A DNA stretch of 32,000 nucleotides. Origin: Candidatus Didemnitutus sp. (GTDB lineage Bacteria; Verrucomicrobiota; Verrucomicrobiia; Opitutales; Opitutaceae). The notes beneath the pieces were generated by a model that made no database searches, was not told the DNA's origin, and worked only from the letters and a program-made list of their open reading frames with translations. Shown piece after piece: positions 17,902 through 26,168 of the stretch (the first letter of the stretch is position 1; every line of letters begins with the position of its first letter). The translations under genes were made by a program, and so were the position numbers. The DNA is taken from contig DASZXI010000057.1 of the NCBI GenBank assembly GCA_035545955.1, positions 63,280 to 95,279 of the forward strand. The letters are read 5' to 3'.

Positions 17902-19037
17902 GCCGGTTTCTCATCGCCTGCGGCGGCACCGGCGGCCATCTCGCCCCGGGCATTGCGCTGGCCGATGCCTTGGTCGCCCGCGGCCACGGCGCCACGCTTT
18001 TCATCAGCACGAAGAAGGTCGATACGCGCCTGTGCGAAAAATATCCGGAGCTGTCCGTGGCGCAGGTGCCGGGTTCGCCCTTCGGCTGGCGGCCGGATGT
18101 CCACCTGCGTTTTCACTGGCGCCAGACCCAGGGCCTGGTGTTCAGCGTGAAATTCATCCGCGAGAACAAGCCCGACGCGATCGTCGGTTTCGGCGGATTC
18201 ACCAACGCCGGGGTTGTCATGGCCGGCTGGCTGCTCGGCATTCCGGTGGCGCTGCACGAGGCCAATCGCGTCCCCGGACGCGCGATCCGCGTGCTCAGCC
18301 ACATTTCCAACCGGCTTTACCTGCCGCCGGGCGTGCATTTGCGCGGACGCGAGGGCCTGCTTGTGCGTCACTCGGGCCTGCCGGTGCGGCGCGAGGTGGA
18401 ACGCGTGCCGCGCGACGAAGCGCGGGCGCGGCTGGGCGTCGATGCCGGACAAAAACTTCTCGTGGTGATCGGTGGCAGTCAGGGATCGGGTTCGCTCAAC
18501 CAATGGGTGGAGGAAAATCTCGAATCGCTCGCCGCCGAGGGCATCCAGGTGTGGTGCGTGACCGGGCTGGGCAAGGGTGAGGGCGGCCAGCGCGAGCTGC
18601 GGACCCGGACGGGCGCCGTCGTCCGCGCCTGGTTCGAGCCCTTCACCGATCGCGTGGGCGCACTTTTTTCCGCCGCGGATCTCGTGGTGAGCCGCGCGGG
18701 AGCGGGGACGCTGTCGGAACTCGTCCGCTGCGAAACGCCCGCGATCCTGGTGCCATTTCCGCACGCCGCCGACGATCATCAGTCGGCCAATGCGCGCTTC
18801 TTCGAACGACAGGGCGGTGGCATCGTGGTGGAGCAGGCGAAACTGGCCCAGCTCCGGACCGAGGTGCAGGAAGCGATATTCAACGACTGGCTCCTGAACA
18901 AGTTTCGGGAGAATCTGCACCGGATGTCGCGGGAGAACACGATCGACATCCTCGTGCGCGACCTGGAACAGCTCGCCCGACGCGAGCCGCCGCACCGCCA
19001 CCTGCGCCACACGCCGGCGGCATCCCCCCACGCGTGA
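17898..19037 (+). CDS. murG: undecaprenyldiphospho-muramoylpentapeptide beta-N-acetylglucosaminyltransferase
   Basis: 379 aa. ATG 17898 overlaps the ftsW stop (ATGA). ACGGTGGHLAPGIALA, GGSQGS, RAGAGTLSEL. The ORF-track extension to 17202 lies inside ftsW. Confidence 0.93.
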   Translation: MSRFLIACGGTGGHLAPGIALADALVARGHGATLFISTKKVDTRLCEKYPELSVAQVPGSPFGWRPDVHLRFHWRQTQGLVFSVKFIRENKPDAIVGFGGFTNAGVVMAGWLLGIPVALHEANRVPGRAIRVLSHISNRLYLPPGVHLRGREGLLVRHSGLPVRREVERVPRDEARARLGVDAGQKLLVVIGGSQGSGSLNQWVEENLESLAAEGIQVWCVTGLGKGEGGQRELRTRTGAVVRAWFEPFTDRVGALFSAADLVVSRAGAGTLSELVRCETPAILVPFPHAADDHQSANARFFERQGGGIVVEQAKLAQLRTEVQEAIFNDWLLNKFRENLHRMSRENTIDILVRDLEQLARREPPHRHLRHTPAASPHA

Positions 19038-21355
19038 GCACGCCGCCCGAAATCTTTGGCCGGCCATTGCGGAACGTCCACCTGCTCGGTGCCGGTGGCA
19101 TGGGCATGGCGCCGCTGGGACTCTTTCTCGTGCAGTCAGGCTTTGTCGTGAGCGCGGAGGACGATGGCTGGAATCCGGCGACACGCTCGCTGTTGGAGCG
19201 TGCAGGCGTGGCGATCACGCCGGTGAACGGGGCCGCCGAAACCACGGAACTCGTCGTCCATTCTTCCGCGGTGGCGCCGACCCATTCCGCGCGCCTGCGG
19301 GCGGTCGCCCGCGGCTGGCCGGTGATCCGGCGCGGCGAAATGCTGGCGGAAGTCACGCGCGGCCGGCGTCTGGTGGCCGTGGCCGGTTCGCACGGCAAGA
19401 CCACCACCACCGCGATGCTGATCACCGTGCTCGCGCGGTCGGGATTTCCCGCGGGCTGGGTGCTCGGTGGACTATTTCCGGACAATGCGCTGCCGCCCGC
19501 GAAGGCCGCCGGGGACTGGATCGTGGCGGAAGTCGATGAAAGCGACGGGACGATCGCGGGCTTTGCTCCTGAGATCACCGTCATCGTGAATCTCGACTGG
19601 GATCATTCCGACCACTATCCGCGTCCCGAGGACATGGAGGAGACTTTTGCCGGCCTGATCGCGCGGACGCGTGCAGCGGTGTTTGCCAGCGACACCTGTG
19701 CGCGCTCCCATCGGCTGACCGCGCGGACGAACATCCTTCCGGTCCAGACCTTCGGCCGCACGGGTGATTTCCAATTCAAGGTCGGCGGTGAAAGTGGAGC
19801 GACGCAGGAGCTGCAACTCGGCGGGAAATTCGGACTTGCTCACGCGACCGTGCGGGCGTTGGGAGAATTCAACGCGGCGAACGCGGCGGCGGCGTTCGCG
19901 GTTGCACAGCACATGGGGGCGAAAGTGAGCGCCGATTCGCTGGCTTCGTACGCCGGCGTGGCGCGCCGTCAGACCTGCCTGCACCTTTCCGAGCGGCACG
20001 CGGTGTTCGAGGATTACGCGCATCACCCGACGGAGATCCGCGCGCTCCTCGCCAGTCTGCGGGGGCGGGGCGGGCGTCTGGTGGTGGTCTTTCAACCGCA
20101 TCGCTACACGCGCACGGCGCAATTCAAGACGGAGTTCGCCGCGGCGCTGGCCGGTGCGGACCAGCTTTTCCTGCTCGATGTGTACGCGGCGAGCGAGTCG
20201 CCCGTCAGCGGCGGCACCACGGCCGACATCTACGCCGAGATCAAGAAATCCGGCGCGCAGGTGCCCGTTTCCTATCTGCCCGGCGACACCGCCGGCGTGC
20301 TGGCGGCGCTGCGGGCATCGATGCGGGCGGGCGACACGATTGCCTTCGTGGGCGCGGGCGACATCGACCACGCGGCCCGCGATTTTGTCGAACGCTTGCG
20401 TCGGGACGAGCAGCGCGACCTGGCCTGGCGCGAGTTTCTGTCAGCGGTGAAGGCGCGTCTGGGAACGGAAACGCGTCTGGCCGAATTTGAGCGACTCGGC
20501 CCGAAGACCACGATGCGCATCGGTGGTCCGGCGCGCGTCTATGCCGAACCCGCTACCGAGGACGATTTGCAGGTCCTGCTCGCGACGGCCCACGAACGAA
20601 AACTACCGGTTCTGATGCTCGGTCGGGGTTCCAATCTGCTCGTCCCGGATGACGGCGTGGATGCCCTCGTGATCAGTCTCGCCCACGCCAACTGGCAGAG
20701 TTTTGCGCCAAAAGAGGACGGACGTGTCTGGGTCGGCGCCGGGCTGCGCCTCAAGAATCTTTGCGGACTGGCGGCCAAGCACGGCCTCGTGGGCTTTGAA
20801 TTCATGGAAGGCATTCCGGCGTCGGTCGGCGGCGCCCTGCGCATGAATGCGGGCGCGATGGGTGGCTGGACCTTCGACGTGGTGGACGAGGTACACCTGA
20901 TGACGCTGGCGGGCGAAAAGCGCGTGATGAAAAAGTCCGAGATGCACGTCGACTACCGTCATTGCACGGAGCTGGAGACCGCGGTGGCTCTGGGCGCCTT
21001 CATTCGTCCGTCCGCGCAGGCGACGTCGCCGGAAATCAAGCGCCAGATCGAGGGCTATCAGAAGAAACGCGTGGAGTCGCAACCACGCGAACCGAGCGCC
21101 GGGTGCATTTTCAAGAATCCGCCGGGCATCGGCGCCGGCCGCCTGATCGACGAGGTGGGCCTGAAAGGCGAGCGCATCGGCGACGCCGAGGTCTCGCCGG
21201 TGCATGCCAATTTTATCGTGAACCGGGGCCATGCCACCAGCGCAGACGTGCTGGCGCTCGTGCGCCGCATTCGCGAACGGGTGAAAAGCGTGCGCGGAAT
21301 CGACCTGCAGCCGGAAGTGATGCTTTTCGGACGCGACTGGAGGGACGTGTTGTGA
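19034..21355 (+). CDS. murC: bifunctional MurC (UDP-N-acetylmuramate--L-alanine ligase) / MurB (UDP-N-acetylenolpyruvoylglucosamine reductase) fusion
   Basis: Single uninterrupted 773-codon ORF. Residues about 1-455 are MurC (LLGAGGMGMAPLG, P-loop GSHGKTTTTAM, EDYAHHPTE, FQPHRYTR). Residues about 480-773 are MurB (TTMRIGGPARVYAEP, LGRGSNLLV, GIPASVGGALRMNAGA, SAGCIFKNP, SPVHANFIVN). The junction is about nt 20400-20450, with no stop or frame change. Confidence 0.9.
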   Translation: MSTPPEIFGRPLRNVHLLGAGGMGMAPLGLFLVQSGFVVSAEDDGWNPATRSLLERAGVAITPVNGAAETTELVVHSSAVAPTHSARLRAVARGWPVIRRGEMLAEVTRGRRLVAVAGSHGKTTTTAMLITVLARSGFPAGWVLGGLFPDNALPPAKAAGDWIVAEVDESDGTIAGFAPEITVIVNLDWDHSDHYPRPEDMEETFAGLIARTRAAVFASDTCARSHRLTARTNILPVQTFGRTGDFQFKVGGESGATQELQLGGKFGLAHATVRALGEFNAANAAAAFAVAQHMGAKVSADSLASYAGVARRQTCLHLSERHAVFEDYAHHPTEIRALLASLRGRGGRLVVVFQPHRYTRTAQFKTEFAAALAGADQLFLLDVYAASESPVSGGTTADIYAEIKKSGAQVPVSYLPGDTAGVLAALRASMRAGDTIAFVGAGDIDHAARDFVERLRRDEQRDLAWREFLSAVKARLGTETRLAEFERLGPKTTMRIGGPARVYAEPATEDDLQVLLATAHERKLPVLMLGRGSNLLVPDDGVDALVISLAHANWQSFAPKEDGRVWVGAGLRLKNLCGLAAKHGLVGFEFMEGIPASVGGALRMNAGAMGGWTFDVVDEVHLMTLAGEKRVMKKSEMHVDYRHCTELETAVALGAFIRPSAQATSPEIKRQIEGYQKKRVESQPREPSAGCIFKNPPGIGAGRLIDEVGLKGERIGDAEVSPVHANFIVNRGHATSADVLALVRRIRERVKSVRGIDLQPEVMLFGRDWRDVL

Positions 21356-22284
21356 GCGAACCCGTGATCGCGGTTCTCTGCGGAGGCACGTCGCCGGAGC
21401 GCGAGGTTTCACTCGGTTCCGGCAAGGCCGTGGCACAGGCAATGGCCTTTTCTCATCCGACGCAGAAATTCGTGCTCGAGGCGGATGCCCTGCCCGAAGG
21501 CCTCGACCCGACGCGCCACGTCGTTTGCCTGGCCCTGCACGGAACGTTTGGCGAGGACGGCGGAATTCAGCGGCTCCTCGACGCCGGCGGATTTGCCTAT
21601 GCGGGCTGCGATGCGAAGGGGAGCGACCTTTGCTTCGACAAGTGGCGCACGCGTCAGACGGTCACGGCCGCGGGTGTGCGCGTGGCGCCCGGGCGCTTTT
21701 TCTCCGTCGGCAACAAACCGACGGCGGCCGCGCTGGCCGGTGAACTGGGCGAGCAAATTGTGCTGAAGCCGAACCGGCAGGGCAGCAGCGTGGGCCTGCA
21801 GATGGTTTCGAGCCGCGCGGGCTTGGAGATCGCGCTGGCGGGATTGCGGCAGGGCGACTGGATCGCGGAGATGCGCGTGATGGGACGCGAGCTGACGGTC
21901 GGCCTGCTCGGCGGACGCGCGATGGGCATCGTCGAGATCATCCCCAAGTCCGGCGTGTTCGACTATTCGAGCAAATACACGAAGGGACTTACCGAATATT
22001 TTGCCCCGGCGGCGATTTCCGACGAGATCGCGGCGGAGGTGCGGCGCACGGCGGAGACGGCCTTCGCGGCTTGCGGCTGCCGCGACTACGCGCGCATCGA
22101 CTACATGCTTTCGAACGAGGGCGAGCTTTCGCTGCTCGAGATCAACACACTGCCCGGGATGAAGGAAACGAGTCTGCTGCCGATGAGCGCGCGCTGCGTG
22201 GGACTCGATTTCAACGCGCTCTGCCGCGAACTCGTCACCCCGGCGCTCGCCCGCTTCCACCCCAGTCCCGCCGCCGCCCGATGA
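21352..22284 (+). CDS. ddl: D-alanine--D-alanine ligase
   Basis: 310 aa from GTG 21352 (GTGA overlap with the murC/murB stop). IAVLCGGTSPEREVSLGSG, LHGTFGEDGGIQ, LKPNRQGSSVG, EINTLPGM. Confidence 0.93.
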   Translation: MSEPVIAVLCGGTSPEREVSLGSGKAVAQAMAFSHPTQKFVLEADALPEGLDPTRHVVCLALHGTFGEDGGIQRLLDAGGFAYAGCDAKGSDLCFDKWRTRQTVTAAGVRVAPGRFFSVGNKPTAAALAGELGEQIVLKPNRQGSSVGLQMVSSRAGLEIALAGLRQGDWIAEMRVMGRELTVGLLGGRAMGIVEIIPKSGVFDYSSKYTKGLTEYFAPAAISDEIAAEVRRTAETAFAACGCRDYARIDYMLSNEGELSLLEINTLPGMKETSLLPMSARCVGLDFNALCRELVTPALARFHPSPAAAR

Positions 22285-23258
22285 GCAACGAAGCCGCCAA
22301 GTCGGGCCGGTCGTGGCGTGAAATCCGCCAGGAAGTGAAGCCGCGGGCCATGTCGCGCAAGGGTCGCCGCCGCCAGCGCCTGGAATGGTTCAAGCTGGCG
22401 CTGCTCGTGCTCGTCGTCGGCGGCATCGCGGGCACCGCCTATTTCGCCTATCGCACCTGGCAGGTGGACCGCTCCGCCGTGGCGACGATGGTGAAGAGCG
22501 AGCCGGTGCGGGAGATTTCGGTCATCACCGACGGGACGCTCGGACGCCTCTGGGTGGAGGAACTTTTCGCGCTGCCCAAGGGAGCGACGTTGATGGAACT
22601 GGATCTGCCCAAGCTGCGCAACCGCCTCGAGGACTGCGGACAGATCAGGCGCGCCGTGGTGACACGAAGCTTTCCGGACATGCTGGTGGTTACGATCCAG
22701 GAGCGCTCACCGGTCGCACGCTTGCAGGTGCAGGATGGCGGCGATCACCCGCGGCAGCTTTTCGTGGCCAAGGACGGCACGGTTTACGCCGGAGTGAACT
22801 ACGACGCCAAGATGGTGGCGACGCTGCCGTGGCTCGATGGCGTTCGGCTCTCGCGCGCGGGCAACGGCTACGCGCCGATCGCCGGCATGGATTCGGTCGC
22901 CGAACTGCTCGTGACGGCACAGCTCCAGGCGCCGGCATTGTATCGCGACTGGATGATCGTCTCACTGGCCCACCTCGGCGACCGCGATGAGATCATTGTG
23001 AAATCGCAGGAGATTCCCGAAATTATCTTTTCGCGGACCGACGATTACTTCAAACAACTCGCGCGGCTGGATTACATCACGGACAAGGCGCATGAGATGC
23101 CCGAACCGGGACAAATCCAGTCGGTCAATCTGGCGTTGGGAGGGCAGGTGCCGGTGAAGGTCGTGGCCGCCCCCGCCGACGCCACTGCCCGTCCGCAACC
23201 CGCCCATTTCAATCTCCAACCCGTCCTTCCCAAGCGCAAAGAGCCCCGTGATCTCTAA
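22281..23258 (+). CDS. ftsQ: cell division protein FtsQ (POTRA domain)
   Basis: 325 aa. ATG 22281 overlaps the ddl stop (ATGA). Basic cytoplasmic tail, TM helix LALLVLVVGGIAGTAYFAY, and a POTRA-like segment (LRNRLEDCGQIRRAVVTRSFPDMLVVTIQERSPVARL). Canonical position. Confidence 0.8.
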   Translation: MSNEAAKSGRSWREIRQEVKPRAMSRKGRRRQRLEWFKLALLVLVVGGIAGTAYFAYRTWQVDRSAVATMVKSEPVREISVITDGTLGRLWVEELFALPKGATLMELDLPKLRNRLEDCGQIRRAVVTRSFPDMLVVTIQERSPVARLQVQDGGDHPRQLFVAKDGTVYAGVNYDAKMVATLPWLDGVRLSRAGNGYAPIAGMDSVAELLVTAQLQAPALYRDWMIVSLAHLGDRDEIIVKSQEIPEIIFSRTDDYFKQLARLDYITDKAHEMPEPGQIQSVNLALGGQVPVKVVAAPADATARPQPAHFNLQPVLPKRKEPRDL

Positions 23259-24459
23259 CAGCAGCCGCATCGTGGGTGCCGTCGAAATCGGCACCGGAAA
23301 AATCGCCGTGCTCGTGGGTGAAATCGCCCGCGGGCGCGCCTTGAACATCATCGGCGTGGGCCTCTCGCCCTCGCGCGGCGTCATGAAGGGCGAGGTCGTC
23401 GACTACAAGGCGGCCTGCGAGGCCACGCATCATGCGCTCGAGATGGCGGAAAAGAAGGCCGGCGCCCGCATCGACACGGTCTGGCTCGCGCAGACCGGCC
23501 CGCATCTCGACGGTTTCTACAACGAGGCGTCGGTCAACGTGCAGTCGGCCGACAACACGGTCACGCAGCTCGACATCGAGACCGTCTGCAACCTCGCCCA
23601 GCAAAAGGACCTTCCCACCGGCCGCTCGCGCATTCACTCGATCCGCCGCCCGTTCCGGCTCGACGGCCGGCCGGTGCCCGATCCGGAACATCTCACCGGT
23701 GGCCGGCTCGACGTTGGCTACTGGATTGTTCATGGAGAGGAGAGCAAGGTCAGCGACAACATTCACGTCGTGGGCGGTTATCATCTCGAGGTCCGCGAAC
23801 TGGTGCTGGCCTCGCTGGCCTCGGGTTCGCTCCTCACCACGGCGGAGGAGCGCTCGCAGGGCGCGCTCGTGCTCGATCTCGGGCGCGGCGTGACCGACTA
23901 CGTGCTCTACCGCGACGGTCATGTCCTGACGACGGGCGTCCTGCCCGTCGGCGGCGACCATCTAACCAACGACCTTTCAATCGGCCTGCGCGTCACCACC
24001 ACCGAGGCCGAAATGCTGAAGCTGCGTCATGGCCGCGGCACGGTGCAGACGCGCGACAAGTCCGAGAAGGTGTGGCTCAACGGCGACATGTCCTTTGGCG
24101 ACAAGCAATTTTCCAAGGCGGCGATCGAGACGATCACGGCGGCTCGCACGCAGGAATTGCTCGAGGTCATTCGCGCCAAACTGGGTCCGCGTTTCGCCGC
24201 GGAGCATTGCGGCGCGGGAGTTTTCCTCACCGGTGGAGCGTCGAAGCTGCCCGGGATCGAGGAGGCGGCCACCCGCGTGTTCGGACTTTCGGCCCGGCGC
24301 GGCGAGGCGCCCGCGTGGGTGAAAGACGAGTTGAAGGACCCAATGTTCAGCACGGTGCTCGGCATTTATCAATTCGGGCTTCGTGCCGCCCACGAGCACG
24401 CGACCCCGGCGCGCCGGCCGCAGGGGCTGCTGCGCGGACTCGCCCGGTTGTTTACCTGA
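23248..24459 (+). CDS. ftsA: cell division protein FtsA
   Basis: 403 aa. The GTG start overlaps the ftsQ end by 11 nt. Actin-fold motifs VEIGTGKIAV, VLDLGRGVTD, LTGGASKLPGI. C-terminal amphipathic LLRGLARLF. Confidence 0.92.
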   Translation: MISNSSRIVGAVEIGTGKIAVLVGEIARGRALNIIGVGLSPSRGVMKGEVVDYKAACEATHHALEMAEKKAGARIDTVWLAQTGPHLDGFYNEASVNVQSADNTVTQLDIETVCNLAQQKDLPTGRSRIHSIRRPFRLDGRPVPDPEHLTGGRLDVGYWIVHGEESKVSDNIHVVGGYHLEVRELVLASLASGSLLTTAEERSQGALVLDLGRGVTDYVLYRDGHVLTTGVLPVGGDHLTNDLSIGLRVTTTEAEMLKLRHGRGTVQTRDKSEKVWLNGDMSFGDKQFSKAAIETITAARTQELLEVIRAKLGPRFAAEHCGAGVFLTGGASKLPGIEEAATRVFGLSARRGEAPAWVKDELKDPMFSTVLGIYQFGLRAAHEHATPARRPQGLLRGLARLFT

Positions 24460-24467
24460 TTTCCGCG

Positions 24468-25772
24468 ATGAACGACACTCCCGACGAACTTCCCCTCGAG
24501 GCTTTGGCCGATCGCGACGTGGGCATCAAACTGCTCGGCGTTGGCGGCGGTGGATCTAACGCGGTCGACCGGCTGAAGATGGAAAATCTCGACCGCCTGC
24601 AACTGGCGGTCGTCAACACCGACTTCACCGCCCTGAGCACCTCACCGGTGCAGGACAAGGTGCTGATCGGCACGACGGTCACGCGTGGATTGAGCGCGGG
24701 CGGCGATCCCTCGCTGGGCTACGCCGCGGCGGACGCGGACCGGGACAAGATCAGCGAAGTGGTGCGGGACAGCGATCTGGTGTTCCTGGTGGCCGGTCTC
24801 GGTGGCGGCACGGGTTCCGGCGCGACGCCGGTGGTGGCGGAAGTTGCGGCGCAGGCGGGCGCGATCGTCATCGCGTTCGTCACGATGCCCTTCAGCTTCG
24901 AAGGCGGTCGTCGGCGCAAGCAGGCGGAAGATGCGCTCGCCGAGCTGCGGGCCACGTGTCACGCGGTGATTCCGCTTTCGAACGATCTTCTGCTCCAGGA
25001 AGGCACCGAACAGACCAGCGTGCTCGACGCCTTTGCACGGGCGGATGCCTGGATCGGGCGCGGCGTGAAGTCCGTCTGGGGCATGCTCGCGCGCACCGGC
25101 CTCATCAACCTGGATTTCCAGGCGCTGCGCCAGGCGTTCCAGCAGCGCGGCGGCAAGACGCTTTTCGGACTCGGGGTGGGCGAGGGCGAAAACGCGGCGA
25201 TGGCAGCGTTCGACGACCTGCGCCAGTGCCCGCTTCTGCACACGCCGGAATTCGCGCGCAAGGCGGATCGCCTGCTTGTGAACATCACGGGTGGGCCGGA
25301 CCTGAGCCTGACGCGGGTGAACGAATTGATGACCGCCGTGACCGAGGAATTCGGCAAGGAGGCGCACGTCCTGATGGGTGCGGTCATCGATGAAAGCCTG
25401 TCCGGCAAGGTCGAGGTCTGCGTCATCGGCACCACCGATCTCGGCGGACGCAATTTCGTCCGTCGTCCCACTCCGGCGGCGCGCAAAGCCGACAAGGCGG
25501 AGAAGCCCGTGTCGTCGGCAACGACCACGGCCGCGGAGGCCGGCTCGGTCGTGAAAACCACGGTAACCATCGAGGGCCATGGGAAGTCTCCCGTGCAATC
25601 GATCGTGGTTCAGGCGGCGACGGAGAAACCCTCGCAGGAGGAATTCGGTTTTGGCGGCGCGGAAGCCGAGGCTTCGCGCGGCTCGTTCGACAAGTCGGTC
25701 CGCAACCTTTTTGAAGGCCAGGATCTCGACGTGCCGACCTACCTGCGCCGGGGAATCAAGATTTCGCTCTGA
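24468..25772 (+). CDS. ftsZ: cell division protein FtsZ
   Basis: 434 aa from ATG 24468. GVGGGGSNAV, tubulin signature GLGGGTGSGATPVVA, PFSFEG, a long disordered linker and the conserved C-terminal peptide DLDVPTYLRRG. Confidence 0.96.
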   Translation: MNDTPDELPLEALADRDVGIKLLGVGGGGSNAVDRLKMENLDRLQLAVVNTDFTALSTSPVQDKVLIGTTVTRGLSAGGDPSLGYAAADADRDKISEVVRDSDLVFLVAGLGGGTGSGATPVVAEVAAQAGAIVIAFVTMPFSFEGGRRRKQAEDALAELRATCHAVIPLSNDLLLQEGTEQTSVLDAFARADAWIGRGVKSVWGMLARTGLINLDFQALRQAFQQRGGKTLFGLGVGEGENAAMAAFDDLRQCPLLHTPEFARKADRLLVNITGGPDLSLTRVNELMTAVTEEFGKEAHVLMGAVIDESLSGKVEVCVIGTTDLGGRNFVRRPTPAARKADKAEKPVSSATTTAAEAGSVVKTTVTIEGHGKSPVQSIVVQAATEKPSQEEFGFGGAEAEASRGSFDKSVRNLFEGQDLDVPTYLRRGIKISL

Positions 25773-25780
25773 TGGGTGGA

Positions 25781-25823
25781 GCGCGACCTCCGGGCGCGCA
25801 TTTGGGGCGTCCGCATTGACGCC
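25781..25823 (+). terminator. two GC hairpins downstream of ftsZ (weak terminator candidates)
   Basis: GCGCGACC-TCC-GGGCGCGC (25781-25799), followed by ATTT. GGCGTC-CGCATT-GACGCC (25806-25823), followed by GATCAAAAATTT. There is no clean U-tract directly after either stem. Confidence 0.3.
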
Positions 25824-25830
25824 GATCAAA

Positions 25831-25963
25831 AATTTATTGTAGCCACAAAAAGGCACAAAAACTCGCCGTCTCGGTGAGTCTCGTGAGCGCCCATAGGCGC
25901 GCGAACCTGAAGGCGCTTCGGTTTTTGTGACTTGTCGTGCCTTTTGGTGGCTATGAAATTATT
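25831..25963. repeat. ~130 bp palindromic (MITE/REP-like) element with CAC-word arms
   Basis: The left arm AATTTATTGTAGCCACAAAAAGGCACAAAAAC (25831-25862) is the imperfect reverse complement of the right arm GTTTTTGTGACTTGTCGTGCCTTTTGGTGGCTATGAAATTATT (25921-25963). A ~58 bp GC-rich core has its own AGCGCC/GGCGCT stem. Confidence 0.6.
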
Positions 25964-26002
25964 TAAACTGCTCGAAACCCGTCCGGAGGCCGGGTTCCAC
26001 CA

Positions 26003-26159
26003 GGGCGAATGAGGACATTCGCCCCTACCATGCGAATGGCGCGCGACCGGTAGGGGACGGCCTCCGTGCCGGCCTTTAACATCGAAAGGCGGGTGGAGAG
26101 ACATCCGCCCCTACCACGCGAATATTGTCCATTCGGTAGGGGACGGCGTCCCTCCGGCC
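26003..26159. repeat. cluster of nested CCCCTACC/GGTAGGGG hairpin repeats (REP-like)
   Basis: GGGCGAATG-AGGA-CATTCGCCC hairpin fused to CCTACC (26003-26029). Full unit CCGGTAGGGGACGGCCTCCGTGCCGGCC...GAAAGGCGGGTGGAGAGACATCCGCCCCTACC (26047-26115). Half unit TCGGTAGGGGACGGCGTCCCTCCGGCC (26133-26159). Each CCCCTACC is followed 15-17 nt later by GGTAGGGG. Confidence 0.7.
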
Positions 26160-26168
26160 TATTGGGAT

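Noticed and set aside
19034-21355. Possibility that the murC-murB fusion is a pseudogene or assembly frameshift
   Set aside because: Both halves are full length with intact motifs in a single frame, with a plausible linker and no internal stop. An assembly artefact cannot be excluded without reads, so the fusion is kept as a finding rather than called a pseudogene.
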